Below, in pieces: positions 9,752 through 18,081 of a stretch of 64,000 nucleotides of DNA (position 1 is its first letter; each line of letters begins with the position of its first letter). The translations under genes were made by a program, and so were the position numbers. Where the stretch lies: positions 1,280,001-1,344,000 of the forward strand of contig CAVZVA010000009.1 of the NCBI GenBank assembly GCA_963778655.1, read 5' to 3'. The DNA is from an uncultured delta proteobacterium. Its GTDB lineage: Bacteria; Myxococcota_A; Polyangia; Polyangiales; JAFGIB01. The notes below the pieces were generated by a model. That model saw only the letters and a list, made by a program, of their open reading frames with translations. It was not told the origin of the DNA and did no database searches.

Positions 9752-10219
9752 TCACATCGAGAAGGTGCCGTTCTTGACGCAATAGCCGCCGCGCACGCCG
9801 GGCCCACCCTGGTCGAGCACGTCGACACAGGTGAAGCCGTCGGGGCAGCTGCACTCCGCAAATCCCGTGCCGCCGGTGTCGCAGCGGCAGGTGCAGTAGA
9901 TGCGGTTGGCCACGTCCTCCGCGCTCGCGCAGGTCTTACCCTCCGTTTGGCCGCCGGCGCCCCCTGTTCCGGTCGACCCGGTCGGCACGCAGCCTGCGCG
10001 CGGATCTCCCTTGAGGCGATAGACCATGCACACACGGGTCTGACACTGTACCGAGCTGGTCTCGATATACGCTTCGGTGTCGGCGAAGCCGGTCGACGGA
10101 ACCTGTTCGGGTAGACACGGAGCGCCCACCGCGGGCGTCGAGCAAGCAGCCAGCAGACCCACGAAAAGCGCCGCCATCAGCAGCAGGAAACGCTTGGCAT
10201 CGATCGGGGGAAGATTCAC
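9752..10219 (-). CDS. gltK: Cys-rich lipoprotein, CglC/GltK-like
   Basis: GTG start after a GAGGA RBS; lipobox LAA|C. The Cys pattern GAPC...CQTRVC...YCTCRC...YC resembles CglC (GltK/AgmO). Divergent from the gltC-like gene. Confidence 0.55.
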   Translation of the reverse strand: MNLPPIDAKRFLLLMAALFVGLLAACSTPAVGAPCLPEQVPSTGFADTEAYIETSSVQCQTRVCMVYRLKGDPRAGCVPTGSTGTGGAGGQTEGKTCASAEDVANRIYCTCRCDTGGTGFAECSCPDGFTCVDVLDQGGPGVRGGYCVKNGTFSM

Positions 10220-10295
10220 AGGAATTCCTCGTATTCCGTCAGTCCAGTGACGCCCGAGCCGGCGGGCTCGGAGCGCCCGGAGTGCTGCATCGCGC

Positions 10296-10325
10296 ACGCT
10301 ATGTTGGCGCGGGGCGCAGTGTCAA
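10296..10325 (-). promoter_or_regulatory. Putative sigma70 promoter for the gltK-like gene
   Basis: Minus strand TTGACA-N18-TAGCGT. Confidence 0.55.
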
Positions 10326-10374
10326 GCAGCGGAATAAGCGGGTGGGCGAAGCTTGCACATGTCGGAATTTCCGC

Positions 10375-10404
10375 TTGACAACGCGATCCTGGGCTCACTA
10401 TGAT
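10375..10404 (+). promoter_or_regulatory. Putative sigma70 promoter for the gltC-G run
   Basis: TTGACA-N18-TATGAT, near consensus. Confidence 0.7.
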
Positions 10405-10539
10405 GGCTCGCGCTTCGCCCTCTAAGCTATCGATTTTCCACTTCTTTTTGAGATGCTCAGCCGTGGGATCTGGGCGTCGGCTTCGTATCGCTGCCTCAAC
10501 GGTCACCTGAGTCGTCAGCCGACGATGGAGAGATGACGG

Positions 10540-12231
10540 ATGTGCAAGAGCCGAACACCTAGCTGGAACTGGATTGCTCACACCGCGCCGATGGTCGCCT
10601 TGGCGGCGCTGGCCGTGTGGGTATCCGACTCCGCCACCGCGCGCGCCCAGGACATGAAGTTCGGGCTTCAGGAGACTGGCGCCGCCGCTCCTGCGGGGCC
10701 CCCTGCGGAGGGGCCGCCGTCTGAGGCGCTGGCTAACGCGCTGCGCCTGTACCAGCAGGAGCAGTATCCGGAGGCCGCAGTGCAGTTCCAGCGCGTCGTC
10801 GAGGGCGAGACGCAGGACGCGCCGGCCAACGTGCAGAAGGCGCAGTTCTTCCTCGGCAAGTCGCTCTACCACCTGCACTACTATCAGTCGGCGCTGGCGG
10901 TGTTCGACGAGATCTCGGAGCAGGGGCGCAACAATCTGTTCTTCGATCAGACCCTGCAGTGGCTCGCGCAGCTGGGCTCGCAGCTGCCGGAGCCCGCGGG
11001 CATCATCGACAAGATCGGCCGCTTCGGCGTCGACCAGCTCGAGCAGTTCAACACGGCCGACAACGCGGACCTGTACAACCAGCTGCTCTACTTGATGGGG
11101 CGCTCGAAGTACAACCAGGGCGAGTTCGAGCAGGGCATCGAGCTGTTCAAGAAGGTGGACCGCACCAACAAGTGGTACGTGAAGGCGCGCTTCTTCGAGG
11201 GCATCTCCTACATCCGCATGCGCAAGGCCCAGCCCGCCGCCACGGCGTTTCGCGAGATCCTCGAGGCCATCGACTCCGGTGACGTCTCGGGCATCGAGGA
11301 CCCGGAGCGCATGAAGGACCTGGCGTGGATCTCGCTCGCGCGGGTCTACTACACCGCCGCCAACAAGGTGAACGCGCAGGGCGAGCGCGAGGTCGACGGC
11401 AGGCTGCTCGGCAACGCGGTCGAAGCATGGAACAAGATCAACCCGGACAGCGAGTACTGGCTCGACGCGCTATTCGAGGAGTCGTGGGCGTTCTTCCTGG
11501 CCGACGAATATTCGCGCGCGCTTGGCAACGTACACACGTTGTTCTCCCCCTACTTCAAGTCCTCGTTCTATCCCGAGGCGCTGGTGCTGAAGGCGGTGGT
11601 GTTCTTCACCAACTGCCAGATGAAGAACGCCACCGCGATGGTGCAGCTCTTCCACGAGAAGTACGACCCGGTGAAAGACACGCTCGACGGGTTGCTGCAG
11701 AAGTACCAGGACAATGCCCAGTTCTTCGACTTTCTGAAGAAGGTCCGCGCCGGCGAGGCCAACCTGCCACCGGCGGCGCGTGCCATCATCAGCTCTGCGC
11801 TCTCCGATCGCGCGGTGCTGGCCAACCTCGAATACGTGTCGCTGCTCGAGCAGGAAGAGCAGACGCTCAACAAGGGACCCTCGCAGTTCAAGAGCTCCTC
11901 GCTGGGCGCCCGCATCCTGCAGGACATTCTGGTCGCAAAGTCCTTTGCGATCGACCAGGCCGGTGAGATCGCCAAGGCCCGTTACAACCGGCTGGTGGAC
12001 GAGATGCAGGATCTCGCGAACCAGATCGACACGGTCGAGATCGAGGTCCTGAACTACGAGCGTGGCCAGCTCGCCCAGGGCCTGCAGGAGCAGATGACCG
12101 CGGCCGGCAGGTCCACAGGCGGCAAGGTGTACGTCTCGCCCGAGCACAATGTTTGGCCGTTCAACGGCGAGTACTGGCGCGACGAGTTGGGGTACTACCG
12201 GCAAGAGGTGACGTACAAGTGCGGAAGGTAA
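10540..12231 (+). CDS. gltC: Periplasmic TPR protein, GltC-like
   Basis: Signal peptide (ARA|Q), TPRs, WLDALFEESWAFF, and the characteristic C-terminus WPFNGEYWRDELGYYR...KCGR. Confidence 0.85.
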   Translation: MCKSRTPSWNWIAHTAPMVALAALAVWVSDSATARAQDMKFGLQETGAAAPAGPPAEGPPSEALANALRLYQQEQYPEAAVQFQRVVEGETQDAPANVQKAQFFLGKSLYHLHYYQSALAVFDEISEQGRNNLFFDQTLQWLAQLGSQLPEPAGIIDKIGRFGVDQLEQFNTADNADLYNQLLYLMGRSKYNQGEFEQGIELFKKVDRTNKWYVKARFFEGISYIRMRKAQPAATAFREILEAIDSGDVSGIEDPERMKDLAWISLARVYYTAANKVNAQGEREVDGRLLGNAVEAWNKINPDSEYWLDALFEESWAFFLADEYSRALGNVHTLFSPYFKSSFYPEALVLKAVVFFTNCQMKNATAMVQLFHEKYDPVKDTLDGLLQKYQDNAQFFDFLKKVRAGEANLPPAARAIISSALSDRAVLANLEYVSLLEQEEQTLNKGPSQFKSSSLGARILQDILVAKSFAIDQAGEIAKARYNRLVDEMQDLANQIDTVEIEVLNYERGQLAQGLQEQMTAAGRSTGGKVYVSPEHNVWPFNGEYWRDELGYYRQEVTYKCGR

Positions 12232-12236
12232 CTGGG

Positions 12237-15200
12237 ATGGCACGCATTCGATTCTCGATAGCAATTCTGTGCGCGCTTGCCGTCGGCGTTCCCGCGATCG
12301 CGCAGCGGGCCGGCAAGAAGACCTCCTCCGGCAAGGCCGGGAGCAGCGCCTCGGCCGGGAAGAAGGGCGGGGGCAAGGCAAGCTCGGTAAGCTCGGCCGA
12401 CATGGGCGGCGCCAGCGGCGGTGTCTGCATTGCGCCCGAGGCGACCAAGACCGTCACGGAGTGCCCGTCCAACCTCGGCAAGGCCAAGCACAAGATGAGC
12501 GGGGCTCCCAAATCGGAGCTGCGGCAGGCCAAACGCAAGGTCGAGCAGCCCAAGGGCTTCAAGGCCAAGGGCCCGTCGGTCGAGCTCGACCTTGCGACCC
12601 TGCGCAACAAGGAGAACGTCGAGCACAAGGCCGAGTCCTTGCTGCGGCGCGAGATCGCCGTCACCCAGCGTCTGGTCAAGAACACGCGAACCAACGACGC
12701 CCGCCGGCCCGACTTCCTGCTGCGGTTGGCTGAAGGCTACTACGAGCTGGTGCAGGTCGCGAACCGCAACGTGCGCAAGCTGGACGATCCGATTCACGAG
12801 GCGTGTCAGGTCAAGAAGAACGCGGGCGACTGCAACAAGTATCGCAAGGCGCAGAAGAACGCCGAGAACGTGCTCAATCAGACTCGCGAGCAGAACATCA
12901 AGACGCTGGCGCTCCTGGTCAAGGACCATCCCGACTACAAGCGGATGGACGAGGTCTTGTTCGCGCTGGGCTTCTCTCTCGAGGAGATGAAGCAGTTCGA
13001 CCGCGCGCGGCAGGTTTACCACCGCCTGATCAAGAGCTACCCACAGAGCGACTACATCCCCAACGCGTATCTGTCCTTCGCGGAATACTACTTCCAGCAA
13101 GGCGACATGCGTGCCGCCAAGCAGTTCTACCAGAAGGTCACCGAGATTCCGCCCGAACGGAACAAGGTCTACGGGTTCGCGATCTACAAGCAGGCCTGGT
13201 GTGACTACAACCTCGAGGACTTCAAGGGCTCGCTGCAGCACTTCGTCGAAACCATCGAGTTCGGCACGCAGCATCCCGAGGCCGCCAACGTACAGAATCT
13301 CGTCAAGCAGTCTCGCAAAGAGCTGATCATGCCCTACGCCCAGGTGGGCGATCCGGGTCGTGCGCTCGAGTTCTTTAGCCGCTACGCCAAGGACGACGAG
13401 CAGGCGTACGAGATGTTCGAGTCGCTGGGCGAGCTCTACTTCGACACCGGCCAATGGCCGCCGGTCATCGCCGTCTACCACAAGCTGATGGCGGAAAAGT
13501 CCGACAGCGAGAAGGTGTGCTACTGGCAGACGCGCGTCACGAACGCCGTCATCAGCAGCAAACCCAAGCCGCAGCAGGTCACGGAGATCGAGCGGATGCT
13601 CGACCTGTATGAGGCCTTCAAGGACAGCAAGCATAGCGAGGATTCCAAGAAGACTTGCAAGCAGGCGGCCGCCTCGGTCCTGATCGACCTGGCAACCGCG
13701 TGGCACCGTGAAGCGATCGGCACCGACACGCAGCCGGGCACCAATGATCGCGGCACGATGGAGCTCGCAGCCAAGCTGTACCGGCTGATTCTCAAGAGCT
13801 TCCCCGACATGGAGCAGATGGAGTTTCCGGACATCGACAAGCGGGATTGGCCGACCGAGTACAAGGTCAGCTACTACTATGCCGAGCTGCTCTGGAAGAT
13901 GGAGAACTGGGCCCAGTGCGGTCCGGCGTTCGACCGCGTGCTGGAGGTCAACCCCCAGGGCGAGTTCACGGAGGACGCGGCCTACGCTTCGGTGCTCTGT
14001 TACAACAAGCAGTACCAGACAACCTTTGCCGAGAGCGAGAAGACGGTCAAACACCGCGAGAAGAAGGACGAAGACGGCAAGAAGAAGAAGAAGGGCAAAG
14101 GCGAGCCTTCTCACGACGAGCTGGTCGCGAAGTTCAAGCCGAAGGATTTCTCGCCTCTCGAGTCGGGGATGCTCAACGCCTACCAGCGTTACGTCTGCTT
14201 CGTGCCCGACAGCGAGGACTTGCCGACAATCAAGTACCGTCGCGCTCGCATCTACTACGAGACCAATCACTTCGAGGAGGCGGCAGTCCTGTTCAAGGAC
14301 ATCGCGTTCAACTACGTGAACAGCGATCTCTCCGTATTCGCTGCGAACCTGTACCTCGACTCGCTGAACGTGATCGGGACCTACAGCGACCCGGCGCGGC
14401 CTGCGTGCTACGACGAGATGAACGACGACATCGAGCCCCTGTACGGCTTGTACTGCAAGACCGATCAGGCGCGCGAGGATCACGCCGACCTGTGCCAGGT
14501 GCTCGAGCAGCTGCGCTGTGACCTGATGCGGAAGAAGGCCGAAGCATTTCAGTCGCAGCAGGAATACAAGAAGGCGGCGCAGCTCTACGTCCGGGTGTTC
14601 CGCAAGTACCGCGAGTGCGGCAAGCTGGACGAGGTGCTGTACAACGCCTCGATCAACTTCGAGGCGGCGCGTCTGTTGGGTCGCGCGATCAAGGTGAGGC
14701 GGGTGCTAATCGACCAGTACCCGAACAGCGAGTGGTCAAAACGTGCGATCTACCTGATCGGCGCGAACTTCCACGCGCTCGCAATGTACGATATGGCGGC
14801 GGACTACTACGAGAAGTTCGCGGACAAGTACCCCACCGAGCTGGGGGAGAAATGCACGGACGACGAGAAGAAAGCGGGCACCTGTACCAATGCCAAGGAG
14901 GCGCTGCAGAACGCGGTCTTCTTCCGGCTGGGCTTGGGTGACGAGGAGAAGGCGGTCGAAGACGCGAAGCTGTTCGACAAGAACTACCGTCGCAAATTTC
15001 CGCGCGAGACCTCGCAGGTCAACTTCTCGTTGGGCTCGATCTACGAACGGCAAGCCGACTGGAGCAAGGCGATCGCGCACTACACCAACTTCTTGAGGCA
15101 GTTCAAGAAGACGGCGCTGCCGCACGAGATCATCCAGGCGAACGTCAATGCCGGCCGCGCGTACCTGATGATGGAGCCGCCCGACAAGGCGAGCGACAAG

Positions 15201-15980
15201 GCCAAGGAAGCCTTCAAGGCGACCAACAAGGCCAAGGCCTCGCCCTACTTCGAAGCTGCGATCAAGGAGTGGCAAGCGAGCAAGGATCAGTTCGGGTCCT
15301 TGCCCGTGCCCGACGATCAGAAAGAGCGCTACCTCGCGTTCGCGAAAATCGGGGCGGCCGAGGCGCTCTATCACGAGGCCGATCGCGAGTTCGACAAGTA
15401 CAAGGCGATCAGCTTTCCGATCTTCAAGGCGAAGGTCACCGCCAAGTCCAGCGCCGACAAGAAGAAAGAGATGCAAGAGAAGTTCCAGGCCTGGATGAAG
15501 GACGATTTCGTCAAATGGTTGGGCGAAAAGTCCAAGGCGTTGCAGACGGCGCAGAAGGCGTTCGAGTCGATCTCGGAGCTGAAGGTGCCGCAGTGGGACA
15601 TCGCTTCGGCCACCCGCATCGGCGACATGTACGGTTCGTTGGTGGACGAGTTCCGCAGTGCTCCGGTGCCGCCGGCGCTCGAGGGCGATGACGAGCTGGT
15701 GTCCATTTACTATCAGGGCCTGGATGAAGCCAGCAAACCGTGGGTCGAGAAGGCCAAGAACGCGTACGAGTTCTGCCTGATCACGGCGACCAAGGTGCGC
15801 TGGTTCAACGAGTTCATGACGCGCTGCGAGCAGGAGCTGTTCAAGCTCGACCCGCGGCAGTATCCGCGCGCGGCCGAGCTCCGCGGCAGCGACACCTACA
15901 CGCACAGCATGTATGCCGTACCGGGGCTGGTGGAGTTGGGCACCGGCAGCACCGACGAAGACGTCGAGGGAGGCGAGTGA
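12237..15980 (+). CDS. gltD: Large periplasmic TPR protein, GltD/AgmU-like
   Basis: ATG 5 nt after the gltC stop, a signal peptide, many TPRs (RMDEVLFALG, LIKSYPQSDYIPNAYLSFAEYYF), and C-terminal FRSAPVPP...WFNEF. Confidence 0.8.
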   Translation: MARIRFSIAILCALAVGVPAIAQRAGKKTSSGKAGSSASAGKKGGGKASSVSSADMGGASGGVCIAPEATKTVTECPSNLGKAKHKMSGAPKSELRQAKRKVEQPKGFKAKGPSVELDLATLRNKENVEHKAESLLRREIAVTQRLVKNTRTNDARRPDFLLRLAEGYYELVQVANRNVRKLDDPIHEACQVKKNAGDCNKYRKAQKNAENVLNQTREQNIKTLALLVKDHPDYKRMDEVLFALGFSLEEMKQFDRARQVYHRLIKSYPQSDYIPNAYLSFAEYYFQQGDMRAAKQFYQKVTEIPPERNKVYGFAIYKQAWCDYNLEDFKGSLQHFVETIEFGTQHPEAANVQNLVKQSRKELIMPYAQVGDPGRALEFFSRYAKDDEQAYEMFESLGELYFDTGQWPPVIAVYHKLMAEKSDSEKVCYWQTRVTNAVISSKPKPQQVTEIERMLDLYEAFKDSKHSEDSKKTCKQAAASVLIDLATAWHREAIGTDTQPGTNDRGTMELAAKLYRLILKSFPDMEQMEFPDIDKRDWPTEYKVSYYYAELLWKMENWAQCGPAFDRVLEVNPQGEFTEDAAYASVLCYNKQYQTTFAESEKTVKHREKKDEDGKKKKKGKGEPSHDELVAKFKPKDFSPLESGMLNAYQRYVCFVPDSEDLPTIKYRRARIYYETNHFEEAAVLFKDIAFNYVNSDLSVFAANLYLDSLNVIGTYSDPARPACYDEMNDDIEPLYGLYCKTDQAREDHADLCQVLEQLRCDLMRKKAEAFQSQQEYKKAAQLYVRVFRKYRECGKLDEVLYNASINFEAARLLGRAIKVRRVLIDQYPNSEWSKRAIYLIGANFHALAMYDMAADYYEKFADKYPTELGEKCTDDEKKAGTCTNAKEALQNAVFFRLGLGDEEKAVEDAKLFDKNYRRKFPRETSQVNFSLGSIYERQADWSKAIAHYTNFLRQFKKTALPHEIIQANVNAGRAYLMMEPPDKASDKAKEAFKATNKAKASPYFEAAIKEWQASKDQFGSLPVPDDQKERYLAFAKIGAAEALYHEADREFDKYKAISFPIFKAKVTAKSSADKKKEMQEKFQAWMKDDFVKWLGEKSKALQTAQKAFESISELKVPQWDIASATRIGDMYGSLVDEFRSAPVPPALEGDDELVSIYYQGLDEASKPWVEKAKNAYEFCLITATKVRWFNEFMTRCEQELFKLDPRQYPRAAELRGSDTYTHSMYAVPGLVELGTGSTDEDVEGGE

Positions 15981-17521
15981 TGAAATCCTTGCAAGCAATG
16001 AGCTTAGCTCGGACCTGCACGCTGCTTTGCGGCATCTCCTTGGTCGCGGTCGGTTGTGGCGGCGGCGCGGCGGGCAGCGGCTCGTCGTCGGGCCTGGCGC
16101 GTACCCAGACCGGGACGGCCATCAAGACCGCGGGCGGGCAGACCGTGAATCTCGAGGCCCATAACCGGTGGAAGGAAGGCGTCGCGGCATTCAAAGCGGG
16201 TGAGGCCCAGGGCTGGAACGACCAGCGTTGCGATGCGGCCTCGTCCAAGTTCGAAGCGGCAGCGGATGCGCAGGCGAAGTTTGCGGAGGCGCTGTACATG
16301 GCGGGCGCATCGCAAGCCAGGTGCGACCACAAGCAGAAGGCGGTGGCGTTCTTCCAGAAGGCACTGCGACAGAATCCCAAGTTCTGCAAGGCGCGTGTCG
16401 GGATCGGTCTCGACGATATGGAGTCCGGACGCGATTCCTCTGCGCAGCAGAACTTCGAGATGGCCGTGCGCGACGATCCCCAGTGTACCGAGGGGTACGT
16501 CAATCTGGCGATTCTGCAGCGTCGCAAGGGCGACACCAAGGAAGCGCTCAACAACCTGCGTCGCTCGCTGGCGATTGACGCGCAGTACCTGCCGGCCTTC
16601 AACGAGATGGCGCTGCTCTACCTCCAGTTGGCGAAGGACAACGTGAAGGAGCTGGACCTCGCCGAGGTGGTCTGCAGTCAGGCTCAAAAGATCGACGCCA
16701 AGTTCGCCCCGATCTACAACACGTGGGGCCTGATCGACTTGCGCCGCAAGGAGATCATCAACGCCGCCGCTAAGTTCCAGAAAGCCTTCGACCTGGACCC
16801 GAAGATGTTCGAGGCCTACATGAACTTCGCGCAGATCACGATCGGCTTCCGCGGCTACGAGGATGCGCGCAACGCCTTCACCAAGGCGCTTGAGCTGCAG
16901 CCCAAGAGCTTTGATGCCACGGTGGGTCTCGGCGTGGCCTATCGCGGCTTGGGGCAGAAGGACAAGGCCGAGGAGTACTACAACAAGGCCAAGGACTTGA
17001 ATCCGAACCGACCCGAGCCTTACTACGACCTCGGTGTGCTGTATCAGGACTTCAAGGATGGAACCGCGGACGACGTGAAGAAGGCACGCTCGTTCTACGA
17101 GCAGTTCCTGACCCGCGCCAGCAGCGACGACCGCTACCAGTCCACGGTCGACGACATCAAGCGCCGTTGCAAGAGGCAGAACGGCAAACGCAAGCGCTAC
17201 GACAAGTGCATTTCGGGTCGCTTCCAGAACATCGAGGACTACCTCCAGGCCCTCAAGGACATGGAGGAGATGGCAAAGCTGCAGAAGGAGTCGGAGAAGC
17301 AGCAGGCCGAGCTCGAGAAGCAAGAGAAGGAAGAGGCAGCGCGCAACCCGAAGCCGGCGGCCCCGCCAGAAGGCAATGGCGGTCAGGCCGGTGCGGGCGA
17401 CGCTGCAGGCGCACCTGCAAGTGGTGCCGGTGCGGCCGATGCCGGCGGCGGCAAGGACAAGGCTGCTCCGGCCGCTCCCGCAGGCAAGCCCGATGCCGCG
17501 GGCGGCAACAAGAAGAAGTGA
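15980..17521 (+). CDS. gltE: TPR lipoprotein, GltE/AglT-like
   Basis: Start overlaps the gltD stop after GGAGG; lipobox AVG|C; TPR array; C-terminal coiled coil and Ala/Pro-rich tail. Confidence 0.75.
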   Translation: MKSLQAMSLARTCTLLCGISLVAVGCGGGAAGSGSSSGLARTQTGTAIKTAGGQTVNLEAHNRWKEGVAAFKAGEAQGWNDQRCDAASSKFEAAADAQAKFAEALYMAGASQARCDHKQKAVAFFQKALRQNPKFCKARVGIGLDDMESGRDSSAQQNFEMAVRDDPQCTEGYVNLAILQRRKGDTKEALNNLRRSLAIDAQYLPAFNEMALLYLQLAKDNVKELDLAEVVCSQAQKIDAKFAPIYNTWGLIDLRRKEIINAAAKFQKAFDLDPKMFEAYMNFAQITIGFRGYEDARNAFTKALELQPKSFDATVGLGVAYRGLGQKDKAEEYYNKAKDLNPNRPEPYYDLGVLYQDFKDGTADDVKKARSFYEQFLTRASSDDRYQSTVDDIKRRCKRQNGKRKRYDKCISGRFQNIEDYLQALKDMEEMAKLQKESEKQQAELEKQEKEEAARNPKPAAPPEGNGGQAGAGDAAGAPASGAGAADAGGGKDKAAPAAPAGKPDAAGGNKKK

Positions 17522-17632
17522 AGCAAAGGTGGGCCGGCGCTGGAACCTCGGCGGGGCGCTGATGTCCAACCAGAGCTGTGAAGGAGTCGTACATAAAACC
17601 CTGTAAAATTGGAAAAGCAGGGTTGGTGTGCG

Positions 17633-17661
17633 TTGCCCCTTCGAGGGTCGGGCGGTAGGCT
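17633..17661 (+). promoter_or_regulatory. Putative internal sigma70 promoter for gltF
   Basis: TTGCCC-N17-TAGGCT, followed by an AGGAG RBS. Confidence 0.4.
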
Positions 17662-17686
17662 GGCGGACACTGTAGGAGATGTCGTC

Positions 17687-17950
17687 ATGAACAAACTGCT
17701 ATCCATCATCATGGTTGGGGCGCTGGGAGCGGTTGCCGTTCCTGTGAAAGCACAGCAGGCGGCTGGCGGCGGCGGCGGCGGTGCCGCAGACGCCACCAGC
17801 TACGACTTCGAGGATGACTTGGTGCAGGGCGATCTGGTGCGGCCTGACGGCGAGAACCTGATGGTTCGCCGGCGCGGTGCCCGCGAATCGCTGATACGGA
17901 TTCGTGAGCACTTCATCAATGAGCTGCTCAAGTCCGTGGAGAATCTTTGA
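17687..17950 (+). CDS. gltF: Small exported protein, GltF/CglF-like
   Basis: Signal peptide and the family pattern YDFEDDLVQGDLVRPDG...SLIRIREHFINELLKSVENL; AGGAG RBS. Confidence 0.85.
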   Translation: MNKLLSIIMVGALGAVAVPVKAQQAAGGGGGGAADATSYDFEDDLVQGDLVRPDGENLMVRRRGARESLIRIREHFINELLKSVENL

Positions 17951-18081
17951 GAACCTGAGCTTGGGCTTGGTTGTCTGTTCCGGTGGCCGGGCGTGATGAG
18001 CGCACGTCCGGGGTCGGTGAGAGACCGACACAGAGGGTTTCGAGAATCGCGCGCGCTTTGCGAAGCGCTCCGGAGGCTGTG

